From: Podarcis melisellensis
Lineage: Eukaryota
Strand: one strand, 5' to 3'
Length of the DNA stretch: 64,000 bases
NCBI GenBank assembly: GCA_964234715.1
Contig: OZ174292.1
The position numbers and the translations under genes are program-made. The notes beneath the pieces are model-generated. The model worked only from the letters and a program-made list of their open reading frames with translations, did no database searches and had not been told where the DNA came from. Shown piece by piece: positions 48,308-61,856 of the stretch. Every line of letters begins with the position of its first letter. Within the stretch, counting starts at the first letter, position 1.

Positions 48308-48562
48308 CTGTATTTTTTGCTCTATAAGACTCACTTTTTCCCTCCTAAGAAGGGGAAATATGTGTGCGTCTTATGGAGCGAATGCAGGCTGCGCAGCTAT
48401 CCCAGAAGCCAGAACAGCAAGAGGGATTGAGGCTTTCACTGCACAGCGATCCCTCTTGCTGTTCTGGCTTCTGAGATTCAGAATATTTTTTTTCTTGTTT
48501 TCCTCCTCCAAAAACTAGGTGTGTCTTGTAGTCTGGTGCGTCTTATAGAGCAAAAAATACGG
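48308..48562. mobile_element. Tigger-like MITE family F
   Basis: TIR C(T/C)GTATTTTTTGCTCTATAAGAC with TA flanks; inverted copy at 59753-60011. Confidence 0.85.
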
Positions 48563-48574
48563 TACTATATAAGG

Positions 48575-48899
48575 CAGGGGTCAGCAACCTTTTTCAGCCG
48601 TGTGCCAGTCCACCGTCCCTCAGACCATATGGTGGGCCGGACTATATATATATATATTTTTTGGGGGTGAACAAATTCCTATGCCCCACCAATAACCCAG
48701 AGATGCATTTTAAATAAAAGCACACATTCTACTCATGTAAAAACACCAGGCAGGCCTCACAAATAACCCAGAGATGCATTTTAAATAAAAGGACACATTC
48801 TGCCTGTAAAAACAGGCTGATTCCCGGACCGTCCGTGGGCCAGATTGAGAAGGCGGTTGGGCTGGATCCGGCCCCTGGGCCTTAGGTTGCCTACCCCTG
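48575..48899. mobile_element. hAT MITE family E, full length
   Basis: Perfect TSD ATATAAGG. Confidence 0.92.
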
Positions 48900-51800
48900 A
48901 TATAAGGTATTTAGGGTGGCATCAAACAGATGACTGAATTGCTGTCCCGACTTTGGTTCTACATGGTTTTTGGAATCAAACATCATCAACAACAACAGCG
49001 CCACAACACTCACACAAAAGCCGTTCGCCATGTGCAACACACCCGTACATGGTGATTCCCCAACAGCCGCAGCCTGGGTTCTCGAGGTACATGCTTGTTT
49101 CGACACTTTGATGTTAGGAAGCAGGGCGGGACGTGAAAATTCTGTTCCCAAGAGCAGAAACAATTTGGTGTGGCAAAGGCGAGCCCTTTGCCAGCTTCCC
49201 TCCTGCACACACATGTGGGGCTCTCACAAATCCAAACCGCAGGCTGCAGGGGCCGGACGTACACCCTTCATCATGACAATGGGGTAGGTACCCTTCTATG
49301 GGGGGTGTCTAGTCATTAAAAGAATTTGTAGATGACTATTTATTTTTCTTTTAAAACCAATTGATTCAGTAAATTCAAATCAATTTGTATTTTAATAAAA
49401 TTTTCCTTTGGGGAGTTTGAAGGAAATGTGACATAATTTACAGTGTAATCAATGAGACAAAACCCAAATATTTTCTTTTCATCCCCCTATTACATTAATA
49501 CACCAGAATCAAAACCTCAAAAACATTATTCTAAAATGCTTTTAATCAGTTTAAAATTGTGAATGATGTCATTATAAATATAATTGCTGTAATTTCCCCC
49601 CACTTTGAACATATATATAGTAATTTTCCATCTCTTTGTACAGTTTGCAATGTATTTATTTGTCCAAGCTAAGTGTGGGGCTTTTGGGGGGGGTGCCAAG
49701 AATCCTTTGCCCCACAAATTAAAAATTGCCCTCACCAATGTAAATTGTCCTCCACCAGTTAATTGACGAAAGCTCAAGCTGACGGGGAAGCTACCAATTA
49801 ACCTGAGCAAAGCTTGCAGTCCTGCCTTGCATTCATTGGCTAGCAATTGTTCCTCTAGCCTGAAACTTTGAGGAGATGCCGCTTTAGAATTTATACGGGT
49901 GTCGCGTTCGCCACAGCATTGCACTGGAGTTTAACACTATATAAAATGCAAAAAGAAGAACTGTGCATAGTGCCTTCTGGGTATGGGCACTTGAAAATAA
50001 ATAAATGAATGAATCAATAAGTAAGTAATTGTTGGCAATAGTAAGAATAATAGAGCTACACTTTACTTGTTAACCATGGGGAGCATTAGGGCAGACAGCA
50101 CAAACACACTTGGAGAAGTTCTTCTTCGACAACAGAGAAAAGGAATGGGCAGCCAGAGGGCAAACACTTATTTCCCCCCCCCCCCCTTTCCTCCTTTTAT
50201 AAAGTGCTGTGCCTTGAGAGAGGAAGGGCACATCTTGTGTTGATGCCTGCCTCCTTACCTTCTTGCAAAAGAGAAGGCCCTTCCCATATTGTCCATTAAT
50301 AATTCCCCCATGATCGGAAAACTCAAGAGACATTAAACACATTCAGCTCAGAAGACAAGGATTCGGACGGTCACAATGTTGTGTTATTCGATTAGCAGTG
50401 GTGATGGGAGGAGGGCTGATAAATTGGAAAAGGGACCGCATGGCAAGGGTCCCCAGTGCTAAAATCCACTTCCTCACTTCAGCCTACATCAAAGTACATC
50501 ATGCACACATCCTGACATGCTCACAAGTTTCCACAAGGACTTGTAGGATTTCACCTATTCCTTTTCCCCTCTTTTAGGAGGGGAATCCTAGATTTCCTCC
50601 ATATCCAGCCATTTGAAACAACCCTGGCTGTAGCTTCTACTTCTGAAACCGAGGCTAGACTTCCTAGGAGTGCGGATTAGGGGTAAGAAGTGACCCGAGC
50701 AGGAATCATCCCCAAGACGCTTCAGGCCAGAACGCATGTGACGCAGTAAGAACCATGAATGGATGTCCCAACATCGTTTTAAAGCTCAAAATTTAAAACG
50801 TACTTGTATATATATATATTTGCCTAGGGATGCTAGCCCAGAGGGAAAGGGTTAAACAGCCCTCCCCTCCAGTACAGCTTCTCTACCCCAACGTGAGTTT
50901 GTGCAAAGGAGGCTATAGCAGCTTTTATATAAATAAGAGAGAGAGAGGGGTAATGAAATAATCTTAAATAGAACAAATGTAGTATTTCAATGAGGCAAGT
51001 GGCGGGTGGCAGAAAGATCTGATATACATCTGTCTCCCAATGGGGCACACTTTTCCCTATGCAAACCTGATGGAAGTCATTTTGCTCAAGCTTGCATTTT
51101 CCCCTCCAGGCACCAAATGTCTTGGGCCACCCTTAATAGTGAAAAGTTGGGGGATCCTCAGTATGTGACTCGCTGCAGACCAAAACGAAAGGGAGAAAAG
51201 CGTCGATATAAATTCACCATTCTGTCTGTCCCCGGGCACACCAGCAATGCCACAAGTCTACTATCAACAAGCATGTCTGGGCTTCAAGAATGGAAAATAT
51301 GAAAGGGAGTGGCCCTGAAATTTGCAAAGGACCATCCGTCCCGGCAGAAGCGATTTCACGCGGAAAATGGAGAAGTAAATCTACGAGGAAAGAATGAATC
51401 ATTCTCCCTATGGGTGTGAGCCAGGCAGAGTGTGTGACTGGTGCCATTTTTGAGGGTACCACTGACGAGGAAGTGCCCCCACCCAAAACTGATGCCTCAT
51501 CATGTTCCAATTGTCCTTATATAACTTAGCTGTGGGCGGTTATACAAGCTCAAAGGAGACTCAACAGAGGGGGAAGCCACTCAACATTCCCAGCCAAAGT
51601 TATGTCTCTCTCTTTCTTTTGTCTTTGTTTGCCAGATTCACCAAGGAGGTTGGGTTGTTTACCTCCACCCTGCTGCTTGTGTGGGGACGTGTTACCACGT
51701 CTCTTTATGGCCCGGACACATTTCAACCTGAATGAAGTTTTCTCAACATACCACAAATCCCCACATCTCATGCACATACACACGGGAAAGGAGCTTATCG

Positions 51801-52669
51801 CTGAGACAAGCACCATGCGCGCCTGGGAACTAGCATGCTCCAGGAGAGGTTCTGTCCTCTCAAACGGTGTCTGGAACATCCTCATCAACCCCCACTGTAT
51901 TTTGCCACGGCGGGTTAAGGGAAAATTGTACCGTATTAATCATATTAATGCAGATTTCCGCCCAGGCAGAATCTTCCTGCAGGACTAACATTCTCCTGCA
52001 TGCCTGCTCTGGACAGGCAGTTCAGCCTTACAAAAGCCAGAGCACACTTGGAAGTGGTCAGAAAGGCCTGTTGCAAAAATGGGGCAGGTGCCTTCGTTCT
52101 ATACCAGCTGTACTTGCAATTGACACTGTGGGGTTAAGCAAATTCACGTACGCACCTAGCAAAGGAAAGAGGCAGCACTTGCTAAAGTCATTCCTCCTGA
52201 AGGAGCTTCTGTTAGGATCTAAAGAGCAAGAATGCAGTTTAACCAACTTTCATCTTTCTTTTTTTCTCTCTCTCTCTCTCTCTGTCTCCCTAGTGAAACA
52301 CTTCAAGGGGATTTCGGGTGTGTCCGGCACCGTTCTCAACTACGCCAGTCCACGGTCAAAGGAAGACCCCATGACTGTGATAAACTCCTGCCTGCACCAG
52401 CAGCAAGTCCTAAACGTGGCCCCCAGTAGAAGAATTCCCCCCAGCTGCCTTCTGAATTACATTTTTTCAAGAAAGTGAATGAGATTTATGACGCAAATCC
52501 CCTTCATTATGAAACCAAACACCATCCAAGAACATTTTGCCGCCGTGGGGAGCAATTTCTAGACGACACACAACACATGCTGAAATACTTTTTTTTAAAA
52601 AAAAAAAATTGTAGCTGAAGAGCCAGATTGCAAGATGCAGAGAAAAACCGCAAAAAAGTTAGCGCTTAC

Positions 52670-52722
52670 CTAGCAATCTGAATGTTCCTGGTAAGAAGGT
52701 CCCAGCTGCTGTATAATTCCTC
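52670..52722 (-). other. Candidate small non-coding exon
   Basis: (CT)n tract plus TTTCAAG| acceptor; TAG|GTAAGC donor; upstream donor TG|GTAAGT at 52841. Confidence 0.3.
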
Positions 52723-53438
52723 CTTGAAAGAGAGAGAGAGAAAGGGCAAGAAGATAAGAGAGAGGGAGAGAGAGAGGGAGAGAGGGAGGGAGAGAGAGAG
52801 AGAGAGTATCCAGCTGCCAAGAGTCTGAGCTGGGAACTTACCACTGAAAGTCACTGACTTTTAGTCAAAGAAGGGAAATCCTTTTTAAAACCTTAGCCCC
52901 TCCCAGGCCAGTAATTGTGAGGGCAGACAGATGAGACAGGACGTAGGAGGGGCCTCTTTACTGTAATGTGTGTGTGGAATAGGAATAACACCCTTTCATG
53001 TCTGCAAACTGGCAGCCAACATTCCTGCTCTATGGTATTTGGGGCTGAGGCTGTCGGTATTTAGGGAGTCAAAATGATTCTGGGTTACAAGGGGAGGGGG
53101 AATCAAGGTTATTCTAGGACACATGGAGAGTTGCCGGTCTCTAGGGTGGACTGCTGGAACGTAGCATATGCTGCTCGGAGCTGGATTCTCATCCCAAAAC
53201 GACTGGGTGCTGACCGTATTGTTTTCTCTTTTCCACTGTGTTTCCTTTTGAAACCCAGAAAGTTATCGTTTTTGACCTGTCTTTTAGGCCTGGTTCTCAA
53301 TCTGGGCCTGGCCTGACTTTTGGCTGCTCATTGCGGGGTTCACATGCTTCAAATGGTTTTCTCTTCAAAAAATGGTCTGCATGTACAAAATTCGATGCGA
53401 GAGGAAACAGTTCGCTTTCTAGCCTAACCTCCTCCCTG

Positions 53439-53584
53439 CAGTGGCGTAGCGTGGGTTGTCAGCACCCGGGGCAAGGCAAGTAATTTGCACCCCCTAACCC
53501 GTGGATTTGCGCCCCCTAACCCTAACCCCCAGATGTTGCGCCCGGTGCGGCCGGCCCCCCTGCACCCCCCACGCTACGCCACTG
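53439..53584. mobile_element. hAT MITE (566-735 family)
   Basis: Same TIR; perfect TSD CCTCCCTG. Confidence 0.92.
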
Positions 53585-55028
53585 CCTCCCTGACAGGTTA
53601 GTTCTCCATGTGCAAGGACTGTGTGTGTCAGTACAAAAATAATTCTGCCATCTGGGCAATCTAAAGGGAATAAAGATTAGCTACTGGTTTACCATTTCTG
53701 TGAGAACCAGGTCACAGCCACTTCTGGGACTAATGAACCCTACATATGATTGGTGCATCCTGAGAAATATGTGTTTAATGTGCTTTGCTTACTTGTCCTG
53801 AGGAACTCTGCGAGCAGATTGTCAATAAGTTAAGTTTTCCAGTTTGACTTTACTTGTTCCGATTGTTTTCTAATGACGGTTAAAGACATTTTCCAGCCCG
53901 TACTGAATTCCTACCAGAGCCTCAGTATTGTGTAGATAAGGAAGGCTGGAGGTAACCAAGACATGTTTCCCCTGGTATGGTCCAGTGTAGCGAGACTAAT
54001 TTGCTCTCCAGGACTCGGCAGCTGCAATATGAACAAAACCAGTTCATATTTCGTGGAATTTACTGCTTTTCTGGGTCATCAAGATGCAAAGTTAGGTTTG
54101 GCGCTAATTATGGGCGCAGCCCCACCTCTGAGTCATTTCAGAGAAGCTTGTGCAGAACCAGTTCTTACTGGATTATGTGCACCCTTGGTTGTACGTATTT
54201 TGGCTGTTCAGAGAGCCGATCCAAAGAGCCGCCTTTGGTTGAAACCATCTGGCATGTACTTTTTGGGTTGGGTACAGGCAATAGGATGTAGAGCTGAAAC
54301 AAGTAAGATCTGTTCAGGTTCATGAGTCAGATACGGATCTTTGTGAACAATCTTTTCTGCCTTTGACTCTGGGAGCTCTGCTGTGTTACTTCAGAATCAG
54401 TTTGTAGGGCCACAGCTCAGAAGTAGCACCCCTAGTTTCATTCCAAGACATCAGTAGCAAGTCTGAGAAAAGATGTGAAGGCCTGGGGTCAAAAGTGACC
54501 TGAGTTAGGCACAACCCACACTGCTGTTCATGTGTGGTCGCTACCAAATGAAACCATCACAAATTGATAGTTTTTGACAAAGTTGTGATTCTTGCATTCC
54601 ACTATCCCTAGTGTCAGGAATTTCAAAGGTTTCCCAGGGTCTGGCAAGCTGTGATTGTGACAAATTCACAGCGTACTTCAAGGGTCATCGCCAAGAACCT
54701 TCTGATCTCCACCCGGAGCACCAACTCTGTTGCAAAAGGGAAGGAAGTTTAAAACGAAAATGAGAAAATAATATTCCAGTCAATTCTCAGCTCCACAGCC
54801 TTCTCTTACAGTGTTGAGAAGCAAGATCCATGCCACAAGACATGTTCAACTCCAGCACTGAAAAAAACAAAAACAAAACTCCAGCACTGTGACCCTCTAC
54901 AAGAAGAAAGGTTACTAACATGTAACAACCACTATGGAATCTCCCTGCTGAGTACTGTGGGGAAAGCCTTAACCCATGTAGTTCTCAACAGATTACATTC
55001 ACTGGCCTATAGGTCTATCCCGAGTCAC

Positions 55029-55208
55029 CAGGGGTGCCAACTTGAATAAAATATTAATAATAAAAATAAAAATAATCAATCACAAGACGTCACACACAAA
55101 CACAATTTGAATGGCAATGCCCATTAACTTTGGGGGTGGGGCCCCTCAAATATTTTATGGGGGGGAGAGGGAGTGAAGGACCTTGGCTCCTAGGAGTTGG
55201 CTCCTATG
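55029..55208. mobile_element. hAT-type MITE
   Basis: Ends CAGGGGTGCCAAC/GTTGGCTCCTATG; TSD CGAGTCAC/CAAGTCAC. Confidence 0.7.
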
Positions 55209-55234
55209 CAAGTCACAAGGCAGCTTTTGAGCTC

Positions 55235-56572
55235 TGAGGTCAACTGTTGACATGATTTGATCACTGTGTCAGCTGCGGGAGAAATGCCAAGAGCAGAGGC
55301 GCGCCATGTAATTTGCCTTCATAGACCTCATCAGCCGAAAATGATTCTTCACACCGCTCAATAAGATAGGATGCCCACCTATACCCCATGAGATGATCAT
55401 GCCCTTCCACCAAAACATGCACAGCATCAAGTATGACGGCTCATCCTTGGATGTCTTCCTATAAAGAGCTGTGTTCTCACTCCAACTCTCTTCGGCATGT
55501 TCTTCTCCCTGTTGCTCTCAGATGCCTTCAGCTCAACAGAAGACAGTGTATACATCCATTCAAGGAGCAATGGAGGCCTGTTCAACCTGGCATGTCTCCA
55601 CCCAAGACAAAAGTGTGGTGGGTCCTGTGAGATGTTGTTTGCAGATGACGCAGCCTTGACTATGTGCTCTGAGGAAGCTCTACAGAGACTCACCAGCTGT
55701 TCTGCATGGAGTTTGGCCTCACCATCAGCTTGATGAAGACCAACATCCTGGGTCAAGATGTCACCATCACTCCACACATCAGCATTGGTGACCACATGAT
55801 TGAGGTGGTAGGTGATTTTCTCTACCTGGGCTCCACCATAACTAGCAACCTCTCCATCGACTCTGAGTGGGACAAGCATGTTGGCAAGGCAGCTACAGCA
55901 ATGACTTGCCTCTCCAAAAGGGTATGGGAGACTGTGATGCTATTGACCACAATGAAGATCTACCAGTCTTGTGTATTGAACATGTTACTTTATGGGAATG
56001 AGATGTGGGCAACTTATACCTGCCTGGAGCAATGCCTCAACGCCTTTCACATGTGCTGCATCACATAGCAGGACAGAGTCTCAAATAAAGATGTGCTGTC
56101 CCAAACCACATTCCCAGCATGTTCACACCCCGTCTCAGTGATGTCTCTGCTGACTTGGTCATGTCCACAGAATGGAAGAAGGCAGGACCCAAAGGATGTG
56201 CTGGCTTCAGGCACCAGGCCTGTTGGCAGACCTTGTCTAAATTACAAAGATGCCATGAAGGCTGGTAACATTAACCCCGCCTTGTGGAAATACCTTGCAG
56301 ACATCTGCAGTGCCTGGGGCAGGCAGGCAGGTCATGTAGCCTCAGCAATGACCAGAGGGGGAATGACCATGGAAGGAGTACAGAAAGAAGAAATGCCTTG
56401 GTAACACGTATCGGCACAATCCAATGCCTTCATCTGCCTCACCTGCAACAAAACATGTCTCTCCCTTATTGGTCTGTACAGTCACAGCAGGCATGGTAAC
56501 TCTCCAAAGGTTTGACTTCACCTCCAAAGGCACACTCCTCCATTGTCTCCTGAGACAGATGGATGCCAACCA
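55235..56572 (+). mobile_element. Decayed RTE-clade LINE (RT domain to 3' end)
   Basis: Frameshifted pieces: MFFSLLL...GGLFNL...MLFADDAAL; EFGLTISLMKTNILGQD...FLYLGSTITSNLSID. 3' end CCATTGTCTCCTGAGACAGATGGATGCCAA also seen at ~46911-46970. Confidence 0.9.
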
Positions 56573-59000
56573 GCTAGTTAATTCTCAAGCCAGACAATGT
56601 GCTATATTGTTATGCTTCTCACTATATAATTAGATACAAGGGGAGGGTGCAGTGTGGTGGTTCATGTAGGACAGCAAAAAGAACCACTAGCCTGGATAAC
56701 AACAAGAGTTCCAGCAAATGCAGCTTTTATCAGCCCTGTAGCTTGATGAGGCTACTCTTGCTGAAATTTCTCTTCCTTAAAAATCTCTACAGTACTAGAG
56801 GCCTGTTCTGGGATGTGCAGGCCATTGAAAGGCTTGGGATCTCAAACCGATAATTTTCAGCACCATCACCAAACTGCAGTTCTCAGGATTCTTTGAGGGA
56901 AGCCGGGGCAGTTAAACTGATGTACTGTATAAACAAAAACAGAATCAGAGTAAAAAAGGTGTTGGCGCACCTCTACGGTATGTTCAAACCCTACCCCAAA
57001 TCCTGTGTCTCTTCACCATGCCATTTCCCAACCTCCAGTTAAGACACGCCATTGAAAACAGCACAGAGGAACCCAAGTTCAGTGCCAAAAGTGCTGTGTT
57101 CCCACACCAAGGATAAAACTGTGGCCATCGCCTTTAGAATGAGTACCAAAGATTTCAAAATGCGCATGAAATGTCACTTGTTCTGTCCAGCCAGTAGGCA
57201 GAGGGGAATCACCTCTGATGCCTCTCTTTATACCGCTATCCACACCGTTGCTCCCAGTGGCCTCCTTGCATTTCCTTCAGTGGACGCTCTCTATTTATGG
57301 ACAGCATCTGGAAGGGCCTTGCGCAGGCTTGGGGCCAGCTGCAAAGAGCCAGAGTCTTCAGAGGCTGCCTTAAGCCCTGTCCCGTAGGTCCCTCCTTTGG
57401 TCTTTGAATCCAGCGTTGAGTCACATACTCGGTGCTGCCCAGCAGTCCCAGACCTCAGTCATAAATCCTTTTCACAGTAATTGCCTTCCCAAGAGTGTGT
57501 TCCTGTGAAGATCAAAGATTTATGGTGTGCGCATGCGAGAGAAAGAGGGCTAATTTCAGGCATGTATGGTGCGCTTCATGCGCCCACTTTGTCCTGTTCA
57601 AATGCACCCCTGTGTTCTAATTTTGCAACGGAAGTGAGTGTACTCGGGATCTTTTAACGGTTAATGCATAGTTTTTCCTGTATCAATTCCAAAGTCCATA
57701 TTGGGGCAATGCCATCATTAAGCCAACCAAAAGAGTTCTGGGGAAATCAAAAGCTTACACATTACTTTATGGCATTTTGGTTGGCCTAACAAAGGCCTTG
57801 CCCTAATATGGACCTTGGATTTTTTTCTTATGGGCCAGCAGAGCTACCTTTATTCTCTGTATTAAGTTATCCTGAGTACCAAACACTCTTTATTAAGAGC
57901 TATGCCCATTTGATCTAGCCGTTGCAGCATTTTTTGCAAGAATCTCGGAAACTAGCCGTTTCCAGTAGTTCACCAGAGGACCAGTGCCCTTTCAGCCGAT
58001 TCCTGCCCTGCTTCCTCTCTTCAGAAGCCACCTGCGTATCCCCAGAAGAGACACAACATCCTCCCTCCAGGGCCCCAGGCCTTTGCTTAGCTCACTCCAC
58101 CCTGCTACCAGCTTCTCCCCTTACTTTGGGTGTGGCCATTTCTGAATGGCAAAGATATTTGTGCCAACATGTACTTCTGTGGGGAAGCTGTTCTGGGTTC
58201 AGTTTCCCATCCCCATTGTTTCCCATCTTGGATGATGATGGCAGGAAGTTCAGAATTTAAAAATGAATAAAATAAATTCAATAAAACAATTCTTTGTTTT
58301 TCTGCAGGCGTCACCTTGTAGGCATGTGCCAATTCTAGAAATGGAAGCTACTAGTAATGGCTTCTGCTTGTCTAGAACAGCATTTATTTATTTATAAATT
58401 ATTATTACTATTATTATTATTATTATTATCACCATCATTGAATTTATATACTGCCCTGTACCTGGAGGTCGCAGGGCAGTTCACAGAACAAAATCAAATT
58501 ATAAAACTACAAAAATATATTGCCCTCAAATAGCACTGGGTACGGCACAGCTGGGAAGTGAAGTGTTGGTGGATGAGAGAGTGCGCTTATCACACAGACA
58601 GAGGTTGAGCTCGGTTCAGATTAAGCAGCTGTTTGGGACAGTTTCTCTCCATGGGACGCAGCAGCCCAGTCTGCACGGAACTCTAAGCCAAAACATGGCA
58701 TCAGGATTGGCGGAGGAGCAGAACAGCTGTGATCTTCACTCATGTAGTTGCTCATTCACAAGAAACCATGGTTTGGTTTAGCATGATGAGCAAACAAGTG
58801 AGGCGACAGACCCAAGCGGTGGGTTAAAGCTCCATTAAGGGCCAAGCTAGATGTGGCAGAAGCTGTCAGGTGTGTTTGTTTTGGTCCATGTTTAAGTAGC
58901 AAGAGGGGTGTCTCATTTTTAGGATACAATGTTTGTGGCTTTAAGAGAAACTAAGCACAACTTTGCGAATGTATTCAGAAACATTTGTCTCTTGAACATA

Positions 59001-59226
59001 CAGTGGTACCTTGGGATGCAAACGGGATCCGTTCCGGAACCCCATTCGCATCCTGAAGTGAATGCAACCTGTGTCTGCACGTGCGCGGGTCGCGTTTCGC
59101 ACTTCTGCGCATGCGCATGACGTCATGTTGACCATCTGTGCATGTGCACATGGCAAAACCCGGGTCGCTGTGGAGCGCAACCCGCAAATACTTAACTTGA
59201 AGCACATTTATCCCGAGGTATGACTG
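59001..59226. mobile_element. Tc1/mariner MITE family D
   Basis: TA-CAGTGGTACC...GAGGTATGACTG. Confidence 0.85.
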
Positions 59227-59650
59227 CATACTGTTGTTTTCTTTTAATTCTCGTTTTATGTAACTGTTGCATATCTTGTGTCATCATCATTCTCTTCCCT
59301 CTACCGTATCAGAACCCTGCTTGTATGCTGTGTTCCCTCAAGCACATTTTCCAGAGCTCAGCTCAGCTGTAGTACCGGAAGTGGACCAGGCCGGGCAGGT
59401 GTGTGCCTGGAGCCACGGAATGTGGCCCAGTGAGGGGGGGAGAGCGAAGCCTCAGCTCTCCTCACCTCCGCACCCATTGTGATGTTATAACCCCTCCCCA
59501 CCCTCCATTTAATAAGTGAGTGGGGCAGATGCATGAATGAATAATAAGCATGCTTTCATGAACTCTGCTGAATTCGGACTGGGTGGCTACAGCTATCCAC
59601 CAAGAGCTTTTCCTGCACCGGTCTCACTGTGAGTGAACATGAGCTGCACA

Positions 59651-60350
59651 CAGACCGTCCAAGTGCTTTTTTCCTCCCTAAAAAAATGTTTAGGGGGTAC
59701 TCTCATTTTCCCATTCATATTGAAATACAGCCCCTCAATGAGGCCAAACTTACCGTATTTTTCGCTCTATAAGACGCACCAGACCACAAGACGCACCTAG
59801 TTTTTGGAGGAGGAAAATAAGAAAAAATATATTCTGAATCTCAGAAGCCAAAACAGCAAGAGGGTTCACTGCGCAGTGAAAGCAGCAATCCCTCTTGCTG
59901 TTCTGGCTTCTGGGATAGCTGCGCAGCCTGCATTTGCTCCATAAGACGCACACACATTTCCCCTTACTTTTTAGGAGGGAAAAGGGGAGTCTTATAGAGC
60001 AAAAAATACGGTAGATTCTGCGTCCCCCCAGAAAAAAGCACTGTCCAAGAGTCCCAAAATTAGGAGAAGCCGTCCTGGTTTGATCCCGGAATATCCCACT
60101 TTTCCTTAGGATGTCTCTATTTTCATTGGAGAAATGTTGGAAGGTATGGAGTTATCTGACCCATGAGCCATCTGAAGGCAGTCCTGTATAGGAAAGTTTT
60201 TCAAAGTTTAATGTTTTATGATGTTTTTATATATGTTGGAAGCTGCCCAGAGTGGCTGGGGCAACCCAGTATGATGTGCCGGGTGTAAATAGTAAAATTA
60301 TCATTATGGAATGGGACGTCCTTATTTTCATCAGAAAACTGTTGGAGGGT
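59651..60350. mobile_element. Triple-nested transposon stack
   Basis: Composite element (CAGACCGTCCAAG...TGTTGGAGGGT) contains a GTGCTTTTTTC...GAAAAAAGCACTG MITE (~59660-60043), which contains a family F MITE (59753-60011). Confidence 0.65.
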
Positions 60351-61223
60351 GCCCTGTGAGAATTAGTAAGAAGGCACGCCAGTTCCATTTCAACTTGTTT
60401 TGGGTCAGATTTCCCCTGTCCCCTCTATCTTCATTTACACCGATGGCTTGTGGCTTGGTTTTGTTTTTTTCTCTTGTTCCCAGTAGCAATCCTAAATAGT
60501 AAAGTCTATTCCTCCACTGTCCGGCTGCGCCTTTTCCCAGCAGAAGATTGAGGCAAACCCAGGAATTACTTCCTCTGCGTGTTTTTGTCAGCCACTCAAT
60601 CGTCCCTGGCTTGCGTCAAGCCCTGGCTCGGCTCAGATTTCCTTCCCTGTGATAAGCAGGCTGCGCACGCACGCACACAACGGCACACACAAACACACAC
60701 ACACACCCCTCGCCATGGCAACACTACACACACAGACATTAAACAGTGTTTTACTTCGGAAGTCTGCAAAGCCGCAGGACGTCACTGTGGTTGCTGCAGT
60801 TATGTGAGGCCTATAATATAACACTTAATTCAGTACAGGTTGTCTGGCGAGGAGTAGCAGGGGCTATTTTTTCCCTCTTAAATGCAAATCTCTGTAATTT
60901 GAGCAAACTTCCTGGCTGCTGCTGCCACCGCCACCGCCCAGCCCCCAAAACCTTAAGAGGGCCGTGTGTGTGTTTTTGGACACTTCCATGGCAACAAGTC
61001 ATGTTGTTGACTGGGTATTCCCCACAGTTTGTCACGTCCCTACAATGGCAAACGTTGTAGTTTTGCTCCTTTGTCTCTTGTTGGGAACCTTGCAGAAACA
61101 ACAGTAAATAGATTAACTGCCTGCAGCCATCCATCTAACCAACTAACTCGTCCCCAATTGTGAGGGCTTTGCGGCCTTTTTATGGGGGAAGTGTGGAGGG
61201 GGTGGGACTGGGCTTCAGAAGTA

Positions 61224-61448
61224 CAGTGGTACATCGGGTTACATACGCTTCAGGTTACATACGCTTCAGGTTACAGACTCCGCTAACCCAGAAATAGTGC
61301 TTCAGGTTAAGAACTTTGCTTCAGGATGAGAACAGAAATCGTGCTCCAGTGGCGCAGCGGCATCAGGAGGCCCCATTAGCTAAAGTGGTGCTTCAGGTTA
61401 AGAATGGACCTCCAGAACGAATTAAGTACTTAACCCGAGGTACTACTG
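61224..61448. mobile_element. Tc1/mariner MITE family A
   Basis: Inverted copy of 767-992; TA flanks. Confidence 0.9.
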
Positions 61449-61549
61449 TAAATGGGCCCAAGTATGTGGGGAGACTCTTCTACAGACCTAGAGAACAAGA
61501 CTCTGAAGACACGTGTGCTCTACAGTCACAACTTTCTGTACAATTCCAT

Positions 61550-61856
61550 AGCCTACAACATTTCTCCAATGAAAATAGGGACGTCCCATTCCATAATGAT
61601 AATTTTACTCTTTATACCTCACACATCTTACCGGGTTACCCCAGCCACTCTGGGCAGCTTCCAACGTATATAAAAACATAATAAAGCATCAGACACTTAA
61701 AAAAAATACTCTATACAGGATTGCCTTCAGACGGCTCAGGGGTGGGATAACTCCACACCTAAGGAAAAGTGGGACATTCTGGGATCAAATCAGAAACCGG
61801 AATGGCTTCCCTAAATCCGGGACATCCCTGGAAATTAGGGACACTTGGAGGGTCTG
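61550..61856 (+). mobile_element. Composite TIR element carrying an L2 tail
   Basis: Collinear with 43028-43347. Confidence 0.7.

Noticed and set aside
1446-57423. Apparent window-wide abundance of AP-1 TGA(C/G)TCA sites
   Set aside because: The number I noticed (about nine) is close to chance expectation for a 7-mer on both strands of 64 kb.
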